From Candidatus Rifleibacteriota bacterium (GTDB lineage: Bacteria; Muiribacteriota; Ozemobacteria; Ozemobacterales; Ozemobacteraceae), in NCBI GenBank assembly GCA_017417215.1, contig JAFPZP010000090.1:294-64293 (forward strand): a stretch of 64,000 nt of DNA. The letters are read 5' to 3'. Positions 1 to 10,015 of this stretch are shown here, in pieces; the stretch's first letter is position 1, and each line of letters starts with the position of its first letter. The notes under the pieces are model-generated. The model made no database searches. It was not told the DNA's origin and was given only the letters and a program-made list of their open reading frames with translations. Both the position numbers and the translations under genes were made by a program.

Positions 1-1112
1 CTGGACCAAAGACCAAGGAATTTGAAAAAGAAATAGCTTTTTATTGTGGAACTTCAAGAGCAGTCTGTCTAAACTCAAATACAGCCTGTTCAGAAATGAC
101 TTTACGATTACTTGGGGTTGGTTCGGGTGATGAAGTTATTGTTCCCGCTTACACATACACGGCTTCTGCATCTGTTGTGGCTCATGTTGGAGCTAAAATC
201 GTAATGGTTGATTCCCAAAAGAATTCATTAGAGATGGATTATGACTTAGTAGAAAAAGCCATTACAGATAAGACTAAGGTTATTATTCCTGTTGATATAG
301 CTGGTTTACCATGTGATTATGATAGAATTTATGAGGTTGTAGAAAATAAAAAAACACTCTTCAGACCATCAAATGATATTCAAAAAGATTTTAGCAGAAT
401 AATAGTGATGGCTGATGGGGCACATTCTTTTGGCGCTGAATATAAGGGCGGAAGAACAGGTGCTATTGCTGATTTTACAAACTTTTCTTTTCATGCAGTC
501 AAAAATCTTACAACAGCAGAGGGAGGTGCTGTTACTTGGAGAGAAAAAAAAGGCCTAGATAATGAGAGCATTTATAATCATTACCAGCTTCTTTCATTCC
601 ATGGACAGTCAAGAAATGCATTAAATAAATATGAATCAAATTCATGGGAGTATGACATAGTAGAACCATATTTCAAATGTAATATGACAGATATTCATGC
701 TGCAATAGGTCTTTCACAGCTAAGACGTTACCACAGACTTGTTGAACGCCGTCACGAAATAATAAAAAAATATGATGAAGCTTTATTGCCATTAGGTTTC
801 ATTACTTTAGACCACAATGGATATAAATCTAAGTCATCTGGACATCTTTATATAACAAGACTTCCTGAAAAATATGGAATAAGCAGAGACGATTTTCTTA
901 TAAAACTTGCCGAACTTGGAGTTCCTACTAATGTTCATTACAAGCCTCTTCCAATGCATTCTGCATATAAGAAACTAGGCTTTGATATTAGGGATTTCCC
1001 AAACGCTTACAATTTTTATAAAAATGAAGTTACACTTCCTCTTCATACGCGTCTCACTGATAACCAGGTTGATTACGTCATAGCTTCGGTCCAGAAGGTG
1101 CTTGGACTATGA
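1..1112 (+). CDS. DegT/DnrJ/EryC1/StrS-family PLP-dependent sugar aminotransferase (5' end cut by window edge)
   Basis: Frame is open from nt 3 (GPKTKEFEKEIAFYCGTSRAVCLNSNTACSEMTLRLLGVGSGDEVIVPAYTYTAS), so the ATG at 96 is internal. Family hallmarks present: GDEVIVP..T, ADGAHSFGA, and PLP-lysine context FSFHAVKNLTTAEGG. Confidence 0.85.
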   Translation, partial: GPKTKEFEKEIAFYCGTSRAVCLNSNTACSEMTLRLLGVGSGDEVIVPAYTYTASASVVAHVGAKIVMVDSQKNSLEMDYDLVEKAITDKTKVIIPVDIAGLPCDYDRIYEVVENKKTLFRPSNDIQKDFSRIIVMADGAHSFGAEYKGGRTGAIADFTNFSFHAVKNLTTAEGGAVTWREKKGLDNESIYNHYQLLSFHGQSRNALNKYESNSWEYDIVEPYFKCNMTDIHAAIGLSQLRRYHRLVERRHEIIKKYDEALLPLGFITLDHNGYKSKSSGHLYITRLPEKYGISRDDFLIKLAELGVPTNVHYKPLPMHSAYKKLGFDIRDFPNAYNFYKNEVTLPLHTRLTDNQVDYVIASVQKVLGL

Positions 1113-1132
1113 TTCTAGAGCATAGGGTGAAT

Positions 1133-1432
1133 GGCATTGTCCTAAAGCCCCTCATTGAGGAGGGGTGTCAGCCAAAGGCTGACGGGGTGGTGACGGAAAT
1201 CGTAGTAAACCATATTTCTTTGGAACAAACACTATCACAAGCAAATACTAAAAATACCATCATTTTTATACCCGCCAAGGATGGCGGTATGCAAGCGACC
1301 TGTGGGATGGGAACTAAAGTTGCTTGTGGTAATTGCTCTAATTGTCATTGCGAGCAGTCGAAGACTGCGTGGCAATCCACCCCCTTTAGTAAAGGGGGAT
1401 GTCAGGCTTTGCCTGACAGGGGGATTTTAAAT
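1133..1432 (+). repeat. Nested-hairpin palindromic element, copy A (fills the whole intergenic gap; reads as ORF 1109..1465)
   Basis: Series of short GC-rich stem-loops: cccctc/gagggg, gtcagcc-aaa-ggctgac, cattgcgagc..cagtc-gaa-gactg..tggcaatcc, cccccttt-agt-aaaggggg, gtcagg-ctttg-cctgac, ending agggggattttaaat. The 135-nt core at 1221-1355 is 131/135 identical to 2255-2389. Confidence 0.85.
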
Positions 1433-1500
1433 TCCTTTAAGCAAAATGCTGGAGGCATCAAATAATGCTTCTTTGCCCCTGGCACAAACTTCCCACTCAA

Positions 1501-2176
1501 ATGCGTAACGAGATGGTAAAACCTTATTACGATATTTTGGCAAATAAGAAAATTCAACTTTTAGCCAAACGCCTTTTTGACTTGTTTGTAGCAAGCTTAA
1601 TACTGGTAGTTTTATCTCCATTATTTCTTGTTGTAGCTATTGCAATTAAGCTAGACAGCAAAGGACCTGTTTTTTTCAGACAAACTAGAGTTACGGCTAA
1701 TTGCAAACTTTTCAAAATAATCAAATTTAGAACAATGTGCGAGAACGCTGAAAAGCAAGGAACACTAATTACTATACATAATGATATGCGTGTAACTAGG
1801 TTTGGAAGTTTTTTACGAAAATTCCATCTAGATGAATTGCCTCAGTTAATCAACATTATAAAAGGAGAGATGTCTTTTGTTGGCACTCGACCAGAAGTAG
1901 TTAAGTTTGTTAGGCAATATACTAAAGAAATGTATGCTACTTTGCTTCTACCTGCTGGTGTAACTTCAGAATGCAGTAATGAATATATAAATGAAGAACG
2001 ACTTTTAAAAAGTTTTGATAATGTTGATAGAACTTATATAAACGAAGTCCTTCCTTTAAAGATGAAAATCAATCTCGAAGCGATTCGACACTTTAATCTG
2101 TTGAACGAGCTTCTTGCTATTGTCAATACAGTCTTAGCAGTTCTAGGCATTGATTTTAAAGAAATTAGAGATAAGA
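1501..2176 (+). CDS. Polyprenyl-phosphate sugar-1-phosphate transferase (bacterial sugar transferase, PglC/WbaP-C type); no stop codon of its own
   Basis: Typical family pattern: KRLFDLFVASLILVVLSPLFLVVAIAIKLDSKGPVFFRQTRV, KIIKFRTM, DELPQLINIIKGEMSFVGTRPE. Start at ATG 1501 or 1465 is uncertain. The domain ends around 2150, after which the frame runs into repeat copy B. Confidence 0.75.
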
Positions 2177-2538
2177 GGCAATGTGCCCTAAAGCTCTCCC
2201 TTGAGGGAGAGAATAAAAGAGAGGGTGACGTAATTCCTAATACACCTTCTTTTCTGGAACAAACACTGTCACAAGCAAATACTAAAAATACCATCATTTT
2301 TATACCCGCCAAGGATGGCGGTATGCAAGCGACCTGTGGGATGGGAACTAAAGTTACTTGTGGTAATTGCTCTAAACGTCATTGCGAGCCATCGTTAGAT
2401 GGTGTGGCAATCCAGACCCCCTTTCTTAAAGGGGGATGTCAGGTAGATGCTGCCCCACGAATGGTGGGGAAGCTGTCGAGCGATAGCGAGACTGAAGGGG
2501 CTGATTGCGTAGCAATCGGTGACAGGGGGATTTTAAAT
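2177..2538 (+). repeat. Nested-hairpin palindromic element, copy B (in-frame between two transferase domains)
   Basis: Same architecture and 135-nt core as copy A. Stems carry compensatory changes (ctctccc-ttga-gggagag; ccatc-gtta-gatgg). Extra hairpins ccccac-gaatg-gtgggg and gattgc-gta-gcaatc. Same terminus gggggattttaaat. Confidence 0.85.
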
Positions 2539-2559
2539 AAACCTTTGTTGGGGTTTACA

Positions 2560-3384
2560 ATGCCTAACATCTGCAACCAACTCTCTGTCTTGATGTCCGT
2601 CTACAAAGCAGAAAAACCAGAATACCTAGACCAAGCTCTAGAAAGTGTATTCAACCAAACATTGAAAGCTGGAAAAGTTGTTCTTGTCAGAGATGGGCAT
2701 CTCACCCCTGAACTAGAAAAGGTTATAGAAAAATGGCAAAAGAAAGATCTTTCTTTGTGCATTATTCCTTTTGAGGTTAACGGAGGACTTGCGTTTGCTT
2801 TGAATCAGGGTTTAAAAGTAATTCATACAGAATATATAGCTAGAATGGATTCAGATGATATTTCTTTGCCAACCCGATTTGAAAATCAGATTAGATTTCT
2901 TGAAGAAAATAAAGATATCGATGTTGTGGGTACATTTATTTCAGATATAGACGAAAAAAATGAAGTAATCAAAAGTTTAGTAAAATACCCAATTACTCAT
3001 GATGAATGTTTCAAATTTTTCGCAAAACGTGACCCTATGGCTCATCCAACTGTAATGTTCCGAAAGTCTTTTTTTAATAAAACAGGAACCTTTTATGATG
3101 AAAAAATGTGTAAGAATCAAGATACAGCATTATGGCATAAGGGTTTTTTATGTAACTGTAAATTTTCTAATATTCCAGAAGTTCTTTATCTTTTCAGAAG
3201 AACAAACAAAATGATGAAAAGAAGAGCAAATACAAGAATTGCTTTAAAACTCCTAAAAGAGCATATCAGTAAAAATAAAGATTTGAAATACGGTATGTAT
3301 GCAAATCTTTATGCTTTTCTTTATTTCTGTTTTACCCAGATGCCGGTTTTTGTAAAACGCTTTGCTTATCAGAGGTTGAGATAG
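2560..3384 (+). CDS. Family-2 glycosyltransferase (GT2); in-frame with the upstream sugar transferase through repeat copy B
   Basis: In-frame ATG at 2560 followed by the canonical GT2 N-terminus LSVLMSVYKAEKPEYLDQALESVFNQT, then ARMDSDD (DxD-type). Stop at 3384. Confidence 0.75.
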   Translation: MPNICNQLSVLMSVYKAEKPEYLDQALESVFNQTLKAGKVVLVRDGHLTPELEKVIEKWQKKDLSLCIIPFEVNGGLAFALNQGLKVIHTEYIARMDSDDISLPTRFENQIRFLEENKDIDVVGTFISDIDEKNEVIKSLVKYPITHDECFKFFAKRDPMAHPTVMFRKSFFNKTGTFYDEKMCKNQDTALWHKGFLCNCKFSNIPEVLYLFRRTNKMMKRRANTRIALKLLKEHISKNKDLKYGMYANLYAFLYFCFTQMPVFVKRFAYQRLR

Positions 3385-3434
3385 AAATAATGCAAAGAAT
3401 AAATAATTATAATATTCAGCTTCAGAGGGTTTAA

Positions 3435-4526
3435 ATGATAAAAATATTATATATGGATTCAACATTAAAAAACTGTGGTCCTATATTTCAAATGCTGAAT
3501 ATTATTAAGCATTTGGATAAGGAAAAATATTGCGTAAGTGTTTTAACATTATCTCCTGAAACAAATGACTCTTATATTGAAGAATTTAGAAAACTAGGTA
3601 TTAAATGTTACTCTTTAAACTTAGGGCGTATTGAAGGAATTTTTTTAGCTCTTCCAAAATTAATAAAATATTTAAAACGAATTAAACCAGATATAATTCA
3701 TTCACAGGGAATAAGGGCAGATTTGTTGACGTCATTGGTAAATAATTATTGTAATCTTAGAATTATAACTTTACGCAATTATGCCTTAGAGGATTATCTA
3801 GCTTTATATGGCTTTCCAGGCTATATTTTCGGTAAATTACATTGGTATGTGGCAAAACTTAACAAACATGTCGTAGCCTGTTCTGAAAAATTGGCTGAAA
3901 GATTAGTCGCAAAAGGAATCAACTGCTTTGGAATATCTAATGGTATAGATGTAAATAAATTTAGACCCAATTATACTGTTTATAAAGAATTTAAGTTTCA
4001 GAGACCTTTATTTATAGTATTAGGTCATTTGATTAAAAGGAAAAACAATACTTGTATTGTTAACCTATTTGATAAATATTTTGCCAATAATAAAGGAACA
4101 TTATTGTTTGTTGGTGAAGGTGACGAAAAAGAATACTTGAAAAGTTTAACTAATAAAAAAAATATACAGTTTTTAGGCAGAGTTGATAATCCAGAATACT
4201 ATTTGCAGCAGGCAGATATAATAATTTCTAATTCAAAAACAGAAGGCTTGCCTAACTCTATATTAGAGGGAATAAGTTGTGGTTTACCTGCTGTTCTTTC
4301 TAATATTCCAAGTCATTTAGAAATAAAAGAAAAAATGCCTAATGAAGTATTTATTTTTAATATAGATAATGAAAATGATTTACTGAATAAAATAAAACAG
4401 GCTTTGGAACTACTTCTAAAAGAAACTAAGAATAATATTTCAGAAAAAATAGCAGAGCATTTTTCATCTGAAAAAATGTCAAACAAGTATCAAAAACTAT
4501 ATTTGAAATATTTGAATACTAAATAA
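3435..4526 (+). CDS. GT-B fold glycosyltransferase (GT4 / group 1)
   Basis: C-terminal GT4 signature region: LLFVGEGDEKEYL, SKTEGLPNSILEGISCGLPAVLSNIPS. Confidence 0.8.
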   Translation: MIKILYMDSTLKNCGPIFQMLNIIKHLDKEKYCVSVLTLSPETNDSYIEEFRKLGIKCYSLNLGRIEGIFLALPKLIKYLKRIKPDIIHSQGIRADLLTSLVNNYCNLRIITLRNYALEDYLALYGFPGYIFGKLHWYVAKLNKHVVACSEKLAERLVAKGINCFGISNGIDVNKFRPNYTVYKEFKFQRPLFIVLGHLIKRKNNTCIVNLFDKYFANNKGTLLFVGEGDEKEYLKSLTNKKNIQFLGRVDNPEYYLQQADIIISNSKTEGLPNSILEGISCGLPAVLSNIPSHLEIKEKMPNEVFIFNIDNENDLLNKIKQALELLLKETKNNISEKIAEHFSSEKMSNKYQKLYLKYLNTK

Positions 4527-4527
4527 A

Positions 4528-5622
4528 ATGAAAAAAATAGCTTTTATTATTGGTTCTTTATCTGGTGGTGGAGCACAGCAAGTTGCTGTAACACTAGCCA
4601 ATGAATTATCTGAAAAAGATTATTCTATAGATATCGTGGTATTGCAATTAGATGATTCAAAATATCTAAATTGGCTATCAGATAAAGTTAAAATAATAAA
4701 CTTAGATAAGAAAAGATTAAGATATTCAATAATCAGTTTGTTTAACTACCTATTAACGAATAAGTTTGATATATGTCTTGTATTTGACTATTATTTAACC
4801 TTTGTAATCAGTATATTGAAGCTTTTCAATTATCATTATATTAAAATAGTCACAAGGTGTATAAATACACTATCTATTGATTTTAAATATGAAAATATAT
4901 TCTTAAAATATTTTAAAAGAATAGTTGTTAAACTTGGCTATAATCTGTCTGATTTGATTATTTGTCAATCTAATGGAATGAAATTTGATTTAATAGATAG
5001 TTTTAAAATATCTTCTAACAAAATTAAAGTCATTAATAATCCTCTGAATAAGCTTGTTGAAACTAATATTTGTTATGATTTTAACCTCAAAGAAGACTAT
5101 TTGTTTTGTATTGGAAGATTAGAAGAACAAAAAAACTTTAAATTAGCAATAGAATCTTTTGAAAAGTTAAAGAATAAATATCCCAATTTAAGATTAAAAA
5201 TAGCTGGTATAGGCTCTTTTAAAGAAAAATTGCTTAAAATGGCAAAAAATTTAAAAGTTATTGATAGAGTTGATTTCCTTGGTTTTATTTCGGGGGATGA
5301 TTTATTAAATAATTATAGAAAAGCAAGATTAACCCTTTTAACAAGTTTATTTGAAGGATTTCCAAACATATTGATTGAATCTCTTGCATTGGGAACGCCA
5401 ATTGTATCTGTAAATTGCCCTAGCGGACCTTCTGAAATAATAGTTAATGGAGTAAACGGTTTTTTAGTTGATAGTTATAACTCTGAAGATTATGTAAAAG
5501 CTATTATTAAAGGTTTAGAGTTTGATTGGGATTATAAGGCTCTTATAAATTCAGTAAACAAGTATCATTCAGAATTTATCATTAAAGAATATATTGGTAA
5601 CATTGAAGAGATTACTATGTAA
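4528..5622 (+). CDS. GT-B fold glycosyltransferase (GT4 / group 1)
   Basis: SGGGAQQVAVTLANEL N-terminus; LFCIGRLEEQKNF; TSLFEGFPNILIESLALGTPIVSVNCPSGPSEII. Confidence 0.8.
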   Translation: MKKIAFIIGSLSGGGAQQVAVTLANELSEKDYSIDIVVLQLDDSKYLNWLSDKVKIINLDKKRLRYSIISLFNYLLTNKFDICLVFDYYLTFVISILKLFNYHYIKIVTRCINTLSIDFKYENIFLKYFKRIVVKLGYNLSDLIICQSNGMKFDLIDSFKISSNKIKVINNPLNKLVETNICYDFNLKEDYLFCIGRLEEQKNFKLAIESFEKLKNKYPNLRLKIAGIGSFKEKLLKMAKNLKVIDRVDFLGFISGDDLLNNYRKARLTLLTSLFEGFPNILIESLALGTPIVSVNCPSGPSEIIVNGVNGFLVDSYNSEDYVKAIIKGLEFDWDYKALINSVNKYHSEFIIKEYIGNIEEITM

Positions 5623-5641
5623 TCTTTAAGAAAGGTGAGAG

Positions 5642-6562
5642 ATGTCTAGTATAACTTTAAAAAAAATAATCGAATATTATAAGAAACCCAATATATTCAT
5701 TAGTAAGTTATTGCAAAAGACGTTTTTCTTTTTACCTGATAAGCTATTTCTTTCAATTTTATATAAATTAAGGTTTTATAAAAAACTCAATTGGGAAACC
5801 CCAAAAACTTTTAATGAAAAGCTTCAGTGGCTGAAACTATTTGATAGACGACCTTTATATACTTCTTTTGTAGATAAATACAAAGTTCGTGAATATATTG
5901 CAAAAACAATAGGTGAAGAATTTTTAATTCCTTTATTGGGTGTATGGAATAATCCGGATGAGATAGATTTTGATAAATTGCCAAATCAGTTTGTCTTAAA
6001 ATGTAATCATAATTCTGGAGGGATCTGTATTTGCAAAAGCAAATCAGAGTTTGATATTAAAAAAGCTAAGAATAATTTACGGAAATGGATGAATAGCAAT
6101 TTTTGGTTCCAACAGCGTGAATATCCATATAAAAATATTCATAAAAAAATAATTGCTGAGAAATTTATGGAAGATTTTGAAACAAGGGAATTAAAGGATT
6201 ACAAGTTTTTTTGTTTTGACGGAATCGCTAAGGCTATGTATATTGCTTCAGACAGGCAAAAGGTAAACGAAGAAACAAAATTCGATTTCTTTGATATGTA
6301 TTTTAATTCTTTGAACATTACAAATGGGCATCCAAATTCTTCTGTTTTACCTAAAAAGCCCAAAAACTTTGAATTGATGAAAGAATTGGCAGAAAAACTA
6401 TCGAAAGGTATTCCTCAAATAAGAATAGATTTTTATGAAATAAATGGAAAAGTTTATTTTGGTGAAATGACTTTATTTCATTTGGCTGGTTTTATGCCAT
6501 TTAAGCCAAATAAATGGGATTATATTTTTGGTTCATGGATTAAATTGCCAAGATGTAAATAA
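5642..6562 (+). CDS. TupA-like ATP-grasp amidoligase family protein (paralog 1)
   Basis: Family motifs FNEKLQWLKLFDRRP, DKYKVREYI, LPNQFVLKCNHNSGG. 306 aa. Confidence 0.75.
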   Translation: MSSITLKKIIEYYKKPNIFISKLLQKTFFFLPDKLFLSILYKLRFYKKLNWETPKTFNEKLQWLKLFDRRPLYTSFVDKYKVREYIAKTIGEEFLIPLLGVWNNPDEIDFDKLPNQFVLKCNHNSGGICICKSKSEFDIKKAKNNLRKWMNSNFWFQQREYPYKNIHKKIIAEKFMEDFETRELKDYKFFCFDGIAKAMYIASDRQKVNEETKFDFFDMYFNSLNITNGHPNSSVLPKKPKNFELMKELAEKLSKGIPQIRIDFYEINGKVYFGEMTLFHLAGFMPFKPNKWDYIFGSWIKLPRCK

Positions 6563-6582
6563 TGAGGAATGGTATGTTTTAA

Positions 6583-7503
6583 ATGTTTTTTAAAGATCTT
6601 CTAAATAAAATTGAGAATTATTATAATAAGCCTGAAATGTTAATAACTACATTTTTGAGAAAATATGGCTTTTTTATTCCAGATAAACTTTTCTTGTCTA
6701 TATATTATAAATTAAAGTTTGGTAAAAGATTAAACTTGAAAAATCCTAAATCATTTAATGAAAAACTACAATGGTTAAAGCTTTATGATAGATGTCCAGA
6801 ATATGTTGATTTAGCAGATAAATATAAAGTAAAAAATCATATTGAAAAAATAATAGGTAAGGAGTATTTAGCAGAATTGCTCGGGGTTTGGGATTGTTTT
6901 GATGAGATTAATTTTGATAATTTGCCAAATAAGTTTGTTTTAAAGGTAAATCATACTAGTGGAGGAGTAGTTGTTTGTAAAGATAAAGACAAGTTAGATC
7001 TATCATTATTAAAAATCAAATTTAATAAAATGTTAAAAACTAATTATTTCTATGCTTTTCGCGAATACCCATATAAAGAAATAAAGCCTAAAATTTTTGC
7101 AGAACAACTATTGGAAAATGAAGAAGAAAACCTTATTGTATATAAAGTATTTGTTTTTAATGGTAAGCCAAAAATTATTCAAGTAATTCAGAATGATAAA
7201 CAAATAAATGAGTCTATTGACTACTATGATCCTGAATGGAATTTGCTTGATTTAAGGCAGAATTATCCCAATAGCGATAATCATTTATCAAAACCCAATT
7301 TATTAGGTAATATGCTTGATAAATCAATGATATTAAGCCAAAACTTACCTTTTATTAGAGTTGACTGGTATATTGTTAACAATAAACTTTATTTTTCAGA
7401 GTTTACTTTCTATTCAGATTCGGGTTTTGCTAAATTTTATCCTGACAAATGGGATGAGATTCTAGGCAGTTATCTTGAATTACCTATGAATAAAGTAGTA
7501 TGA
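6583..7503 (+). CDS. TupA-like ATP-grasp amidoligase family protein (paralog 2)
   Basis: Alignable end to end with the preceding gene and the same length (306 aa): FNEKLQWLKLYDRCP, DKYKVKNHI, LPNKFVLKVNHTSGG. Confidence 0.75.
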   Translation: MFFKDLLNKIENYYNKPEMLITTFLRKYGFFIPDKLFLSIYYKLKFGKRLNLKNPKSFNEKLQWLKLYDRCPEYVDLADKYKVKNHIEKIIGKEYLAELLGVWDCFDEINFDNLPNKFVLKVNHTSGGVVVCKDKDKLDLSLLKIKFNKMLKTNYFYAFREYPYKEIKPKIFAEQLLENEEENLIVYKVFVFNGKPKIIQVIQNDKQINESIDYYDPEWNLLDLRQNYPNSDNHLSKPNLLGNMLDKSMILSQNLPFIRVDWYIVNNKLYFSEFTFYSDSGFAKFYPDKWDEILGSYLELPMNKVV

Positions 7504-7536
7504 AAAGTGTGTGTAATAGTTTAGGAAACAACAATT

Positions 7537-8568
7537 ATGAATAAAGAATCAACAGTTTCTGTTATAATTCCTGCGTATAATGCTGAGTCTTATATTGAAC
7601 GAGGTATAAATTCTGTTTTAAATCAGACATATAAGAATGTTGAATTAATAATTGTAGATGATGGTTCTATAGATAATACTTTCAATTTAATAAAAGATAA
7701 ATATAACACACATAAAAATATTAAATTATTTAAACAGAAAAACTCAGGTGTTTCGGCCGCCAGAAACAAAGGATTAGAACTGGCCGAAGGTGATTATTGT
7801 GTGTTTCTTGATGCTGATGATTTCCTTGAAATCAATGCTATAGAAATGTTATTGAAACAGAGTTATTTAAATGATGGCACATTTATTATTTGTGATTTTT
7901 ATAGCATAAAGGTTTTAAATGGTAAAGACTATAAAATCAGTAATAGTCTAGCTTATGATTCCCAAATATGTGTAAAAGATGCGATAATTTATTTTGAAAA
8001 GTATAAACTTAAAAATGCATGTTATAAATTATATAATTTAGATATTATCAAATCTAATAATATTAAATTTCCTGTAGATATTCATTATGGTGAAGATGGG
8101 CTTTTTGTTTTCAGGTATTTACAGCACATAGATAACATATTCTATTTTTCTATGTGCTTATGGAATTGTGTTGAAAATCCAAAATCAGTTACTCATGCTG
8201 AGTTTAATGTAAGAAAACTAACAGGTATAAAAGCGGCAGAAATGATGATTAAGGAAAACATTAGATATAATACTTATAAAGTAAATGAATCGCTCAAAAG
8301 ATATATATTTAAAAGAATTATCGCTTTTGCAAATAATTATTTAGTTTCTTGCAAGAAAAATGATTTTTATACTCTTTTTTTTAAGAGAAAAATAAAACAA
8401 TATCTAAAATATAGTTTTAATCATAACTATTTAGGTAAAACTGAGCTGTTAGCGTTGGCTAATATTTTTACTCCATTTCTTCTTGCTTCTTATTTAAAAC
8501 TGAGGAAACAAATCGATTTAATCTTATTTAAAATTAAAATAAGATTTAATATAAATAAAAATGTTTAA
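7537..8568 (+). CDS. Family-2 glycosyltransferase (GT2)
   Basis: VSVIIPAYNAESYIERGINSVLNQTYKNVELIIVDDGSIDNT; DADD motif. Confidence 0.85.
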   Translation: MNKESTVSVIIPAYNAESYIERGINSVLNQTYKNVELIIVDDGSIDNTFNLIKDKYNTHKNIKLFKQKNSGVSAARNKGLELAEGDYCVFLDADDFLEINAIEMLLKQSYLNDGTFIICDFYSIKVLNGKDYKISNSLAYDSQICVKDAIIYFEKYKLKNACYKLYNLDIIKSNNIKFPVDIHYGEDGLFVFRYLQHIDNIFYFSMCLWNCVENPKSVTHAEFNVRKLTGIKAAEMMIKENIRYNTYKVNESLKRYIFKRIIAFANNYLVSCKKNDFYTLFFKRKIKQYLKYSFNHNYLGKTELLALANIFTPFLLASYLKLRKQIDLILFKIKIRFNINKNV

Positions 8569-10015
8569 AAGACTTCTAGATAAATATAATTCACTGCCAG
8601 TTCAGATAAAAGCATCGTTTTGGTTCCTTGTCTGTTCAGTTTTGCAAAGAAGTATTTCTATAGTAACAGTTCCTGTATTCACAAGGTTAATGACTTCAGC
8701 AGAATATGGACAATATGTTGTCTTCAGTTCGTGGGAAAGATTAGTGTCAGTGTTCGTCTCGCTGAATCTTTCAGCAAATGTTTATATGCGTGGTCTAGTT
8801 GTTTATGAAGATAATCGTAGAGAATTTGTTTCTTCAATGCAGGGGCTTAGTTTCATGCTTTTGCTCTTTTGGCTTGGAATCTATTTTGCATTTACTGACT
8901 TTTGGAATAATCTTTTTAATTTGCCAACACCTTTAATGCTTTTTATGTTAGCAGAAATATGGATAACTTCGGTGTTCTCTTTTTGGGTATCAGAACAACG
9001 TGTAGATTATAAATATAAAAAAATATTGATTGTAACTTTAATGGTTTCTATTCTTACGCCAATTCTAGGAATTTGGATGGTTTTAAACAGCCAGGATAAG
9101 GTATTGGCTAGAATTGGTTCCTCGGTAACTCTACAAATTTTTATCTATCTTTGGTTTTTCTTTATTCATTTAAAAAATGGAAAAAGTTTTTTCAATAAAC
9201 AATATTGGAGATATGCACTTCTTTTCAATATACCGCTTATTCCACATTATCTATCAACTCTAGTATTGAGTTGTTCTGACAGAATTATGATTGCCAATAT
9301 GGTAGATTCTAGGTCAGCAGGTATTTACGGTTTTGCATACTCTATCTCTATGGTTTTGATTTTTTTCAACCTGGCTTTGAATACCACGATAGAGCCTTGG
9401 CTATATAAAAAATTGAAGACAAAAGATTTTAAGTCTATTTCGAAAATAGCTTACTCTTCATTTTCACTTATCGCCGGTGTGAACTTGATTTTAATAGCTT
9501 TTGCTCCTGAAATTATATCTATATTTGCACCTAAAGAGTATTTTGAAGCTATTTGGATTGTTCCACCTGTTACTATGAGTGTATATTTCATATATTCTTA
9601 TACCTTTTTTTCTGTGTTCGAATTTTTCTTTAAAAAGACAGGTTATATTACTACGGCTACAATTGTTGGAGCTGTGCTTAACATAGTGCTTAATTACATT
9701 TTTATACAAAAATTTGGCTATTACGCAGCGGGGTATACTACATTGATATGTTATATAATCTTTGTAGTAGCACATTACTGTTTTATGAGAAAAATATGTA
9801 GAGATTTTCTTGATGACGTGAGGGTTTATAGCCTGAAGGTCTTATTAAAAATAACTTTGTTGTTTATGGCTGCTGGCTTTTCTTTTCTTGCAACCTATGG
9901 AAATACGCCTGCAAGATATTCGTTAATTGTTGCTCTATTTATTATAGTGTTAGCTTGTAGCAAATCAATAAGCAATTTGGGAATGCAACTTATTGATATT
10001 AAAAAAAATGGTTGA
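8561..10015 (+). CDS. wzx: Oligosaccharide flippase (Wzx-like, MOP superfamily polysaccharide biosynthesis protein)
   Basis: 484 aa and highly hydrophobic, with many predicted TM segments. Sits at the end of the glycan locus. The start overlaps the previous stop by 8 nt. Confidence 0.7.
   Translation: MFKRLLDKYNSLPVQIKASFWFLVCSVLQRSISIVTVPVFTRLMTSAEYGQYVVFSSWERLVSVFVSLNLSANVYMRGLVVYEDNRREFVSSMQGLSFMLLLFWLGIYFAFTDFWNNLFNLPTPLMLFMLAEIWITSVFSFWVSEQRVDYKYKKILIVTLMVSILTPILGIWMVLNSQDKVLARIGSSVTLQIFIYLWFFFIHLKNGKSFFNKQYWRYALLFNIPLIPHYLSTLVLSCSDRIMIANMVDSRSAGIYGFAYSISMVLIFFNLALNTTIEPWLYKKLKTKDFKSISKIAYSSFSLIAGVNLILIAFAPEIISIFAPKEYFEAIWIVPPVTMSVYFIYSYTFFSVFEFFFKKTGYITTATIVGAVLNIVLNYIFIQKFGYYAAGYTTLICYIIFVVAHYCFMRKICRDFLDDVRVYSLKVLLKITLLFMAAGFSFLATYGNTPARYSLIVALFIIVLACSKSISNLGMQLIDIKKNG

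Noticed and set aside
1109-1465. 118-aa ORF as an independent protein-coding gene (Cys-rich peptide, possible RiPP precursor)
   Set aside because: It consists entirely of the hairpin repeat element. The sequence recurs in non-coding contexts (24968-25121) in either orientation. No RBS and no modifying enzymes are nearby. It is kept only as part of the in-frame-element finding.
1221-2389. The 135-nt near-identical pair as a DGR template/variable repeat
   Set aside because: No reverse transcriptase is in the window, and the four mismatches (a/g, g/a, tt/ac) are not adenine-specific.
1133-2538. Repeats as a CRISPR array
   Set aside because: There are only two large copies, with no regular short repeat-spacer periodicity and no cas genes.
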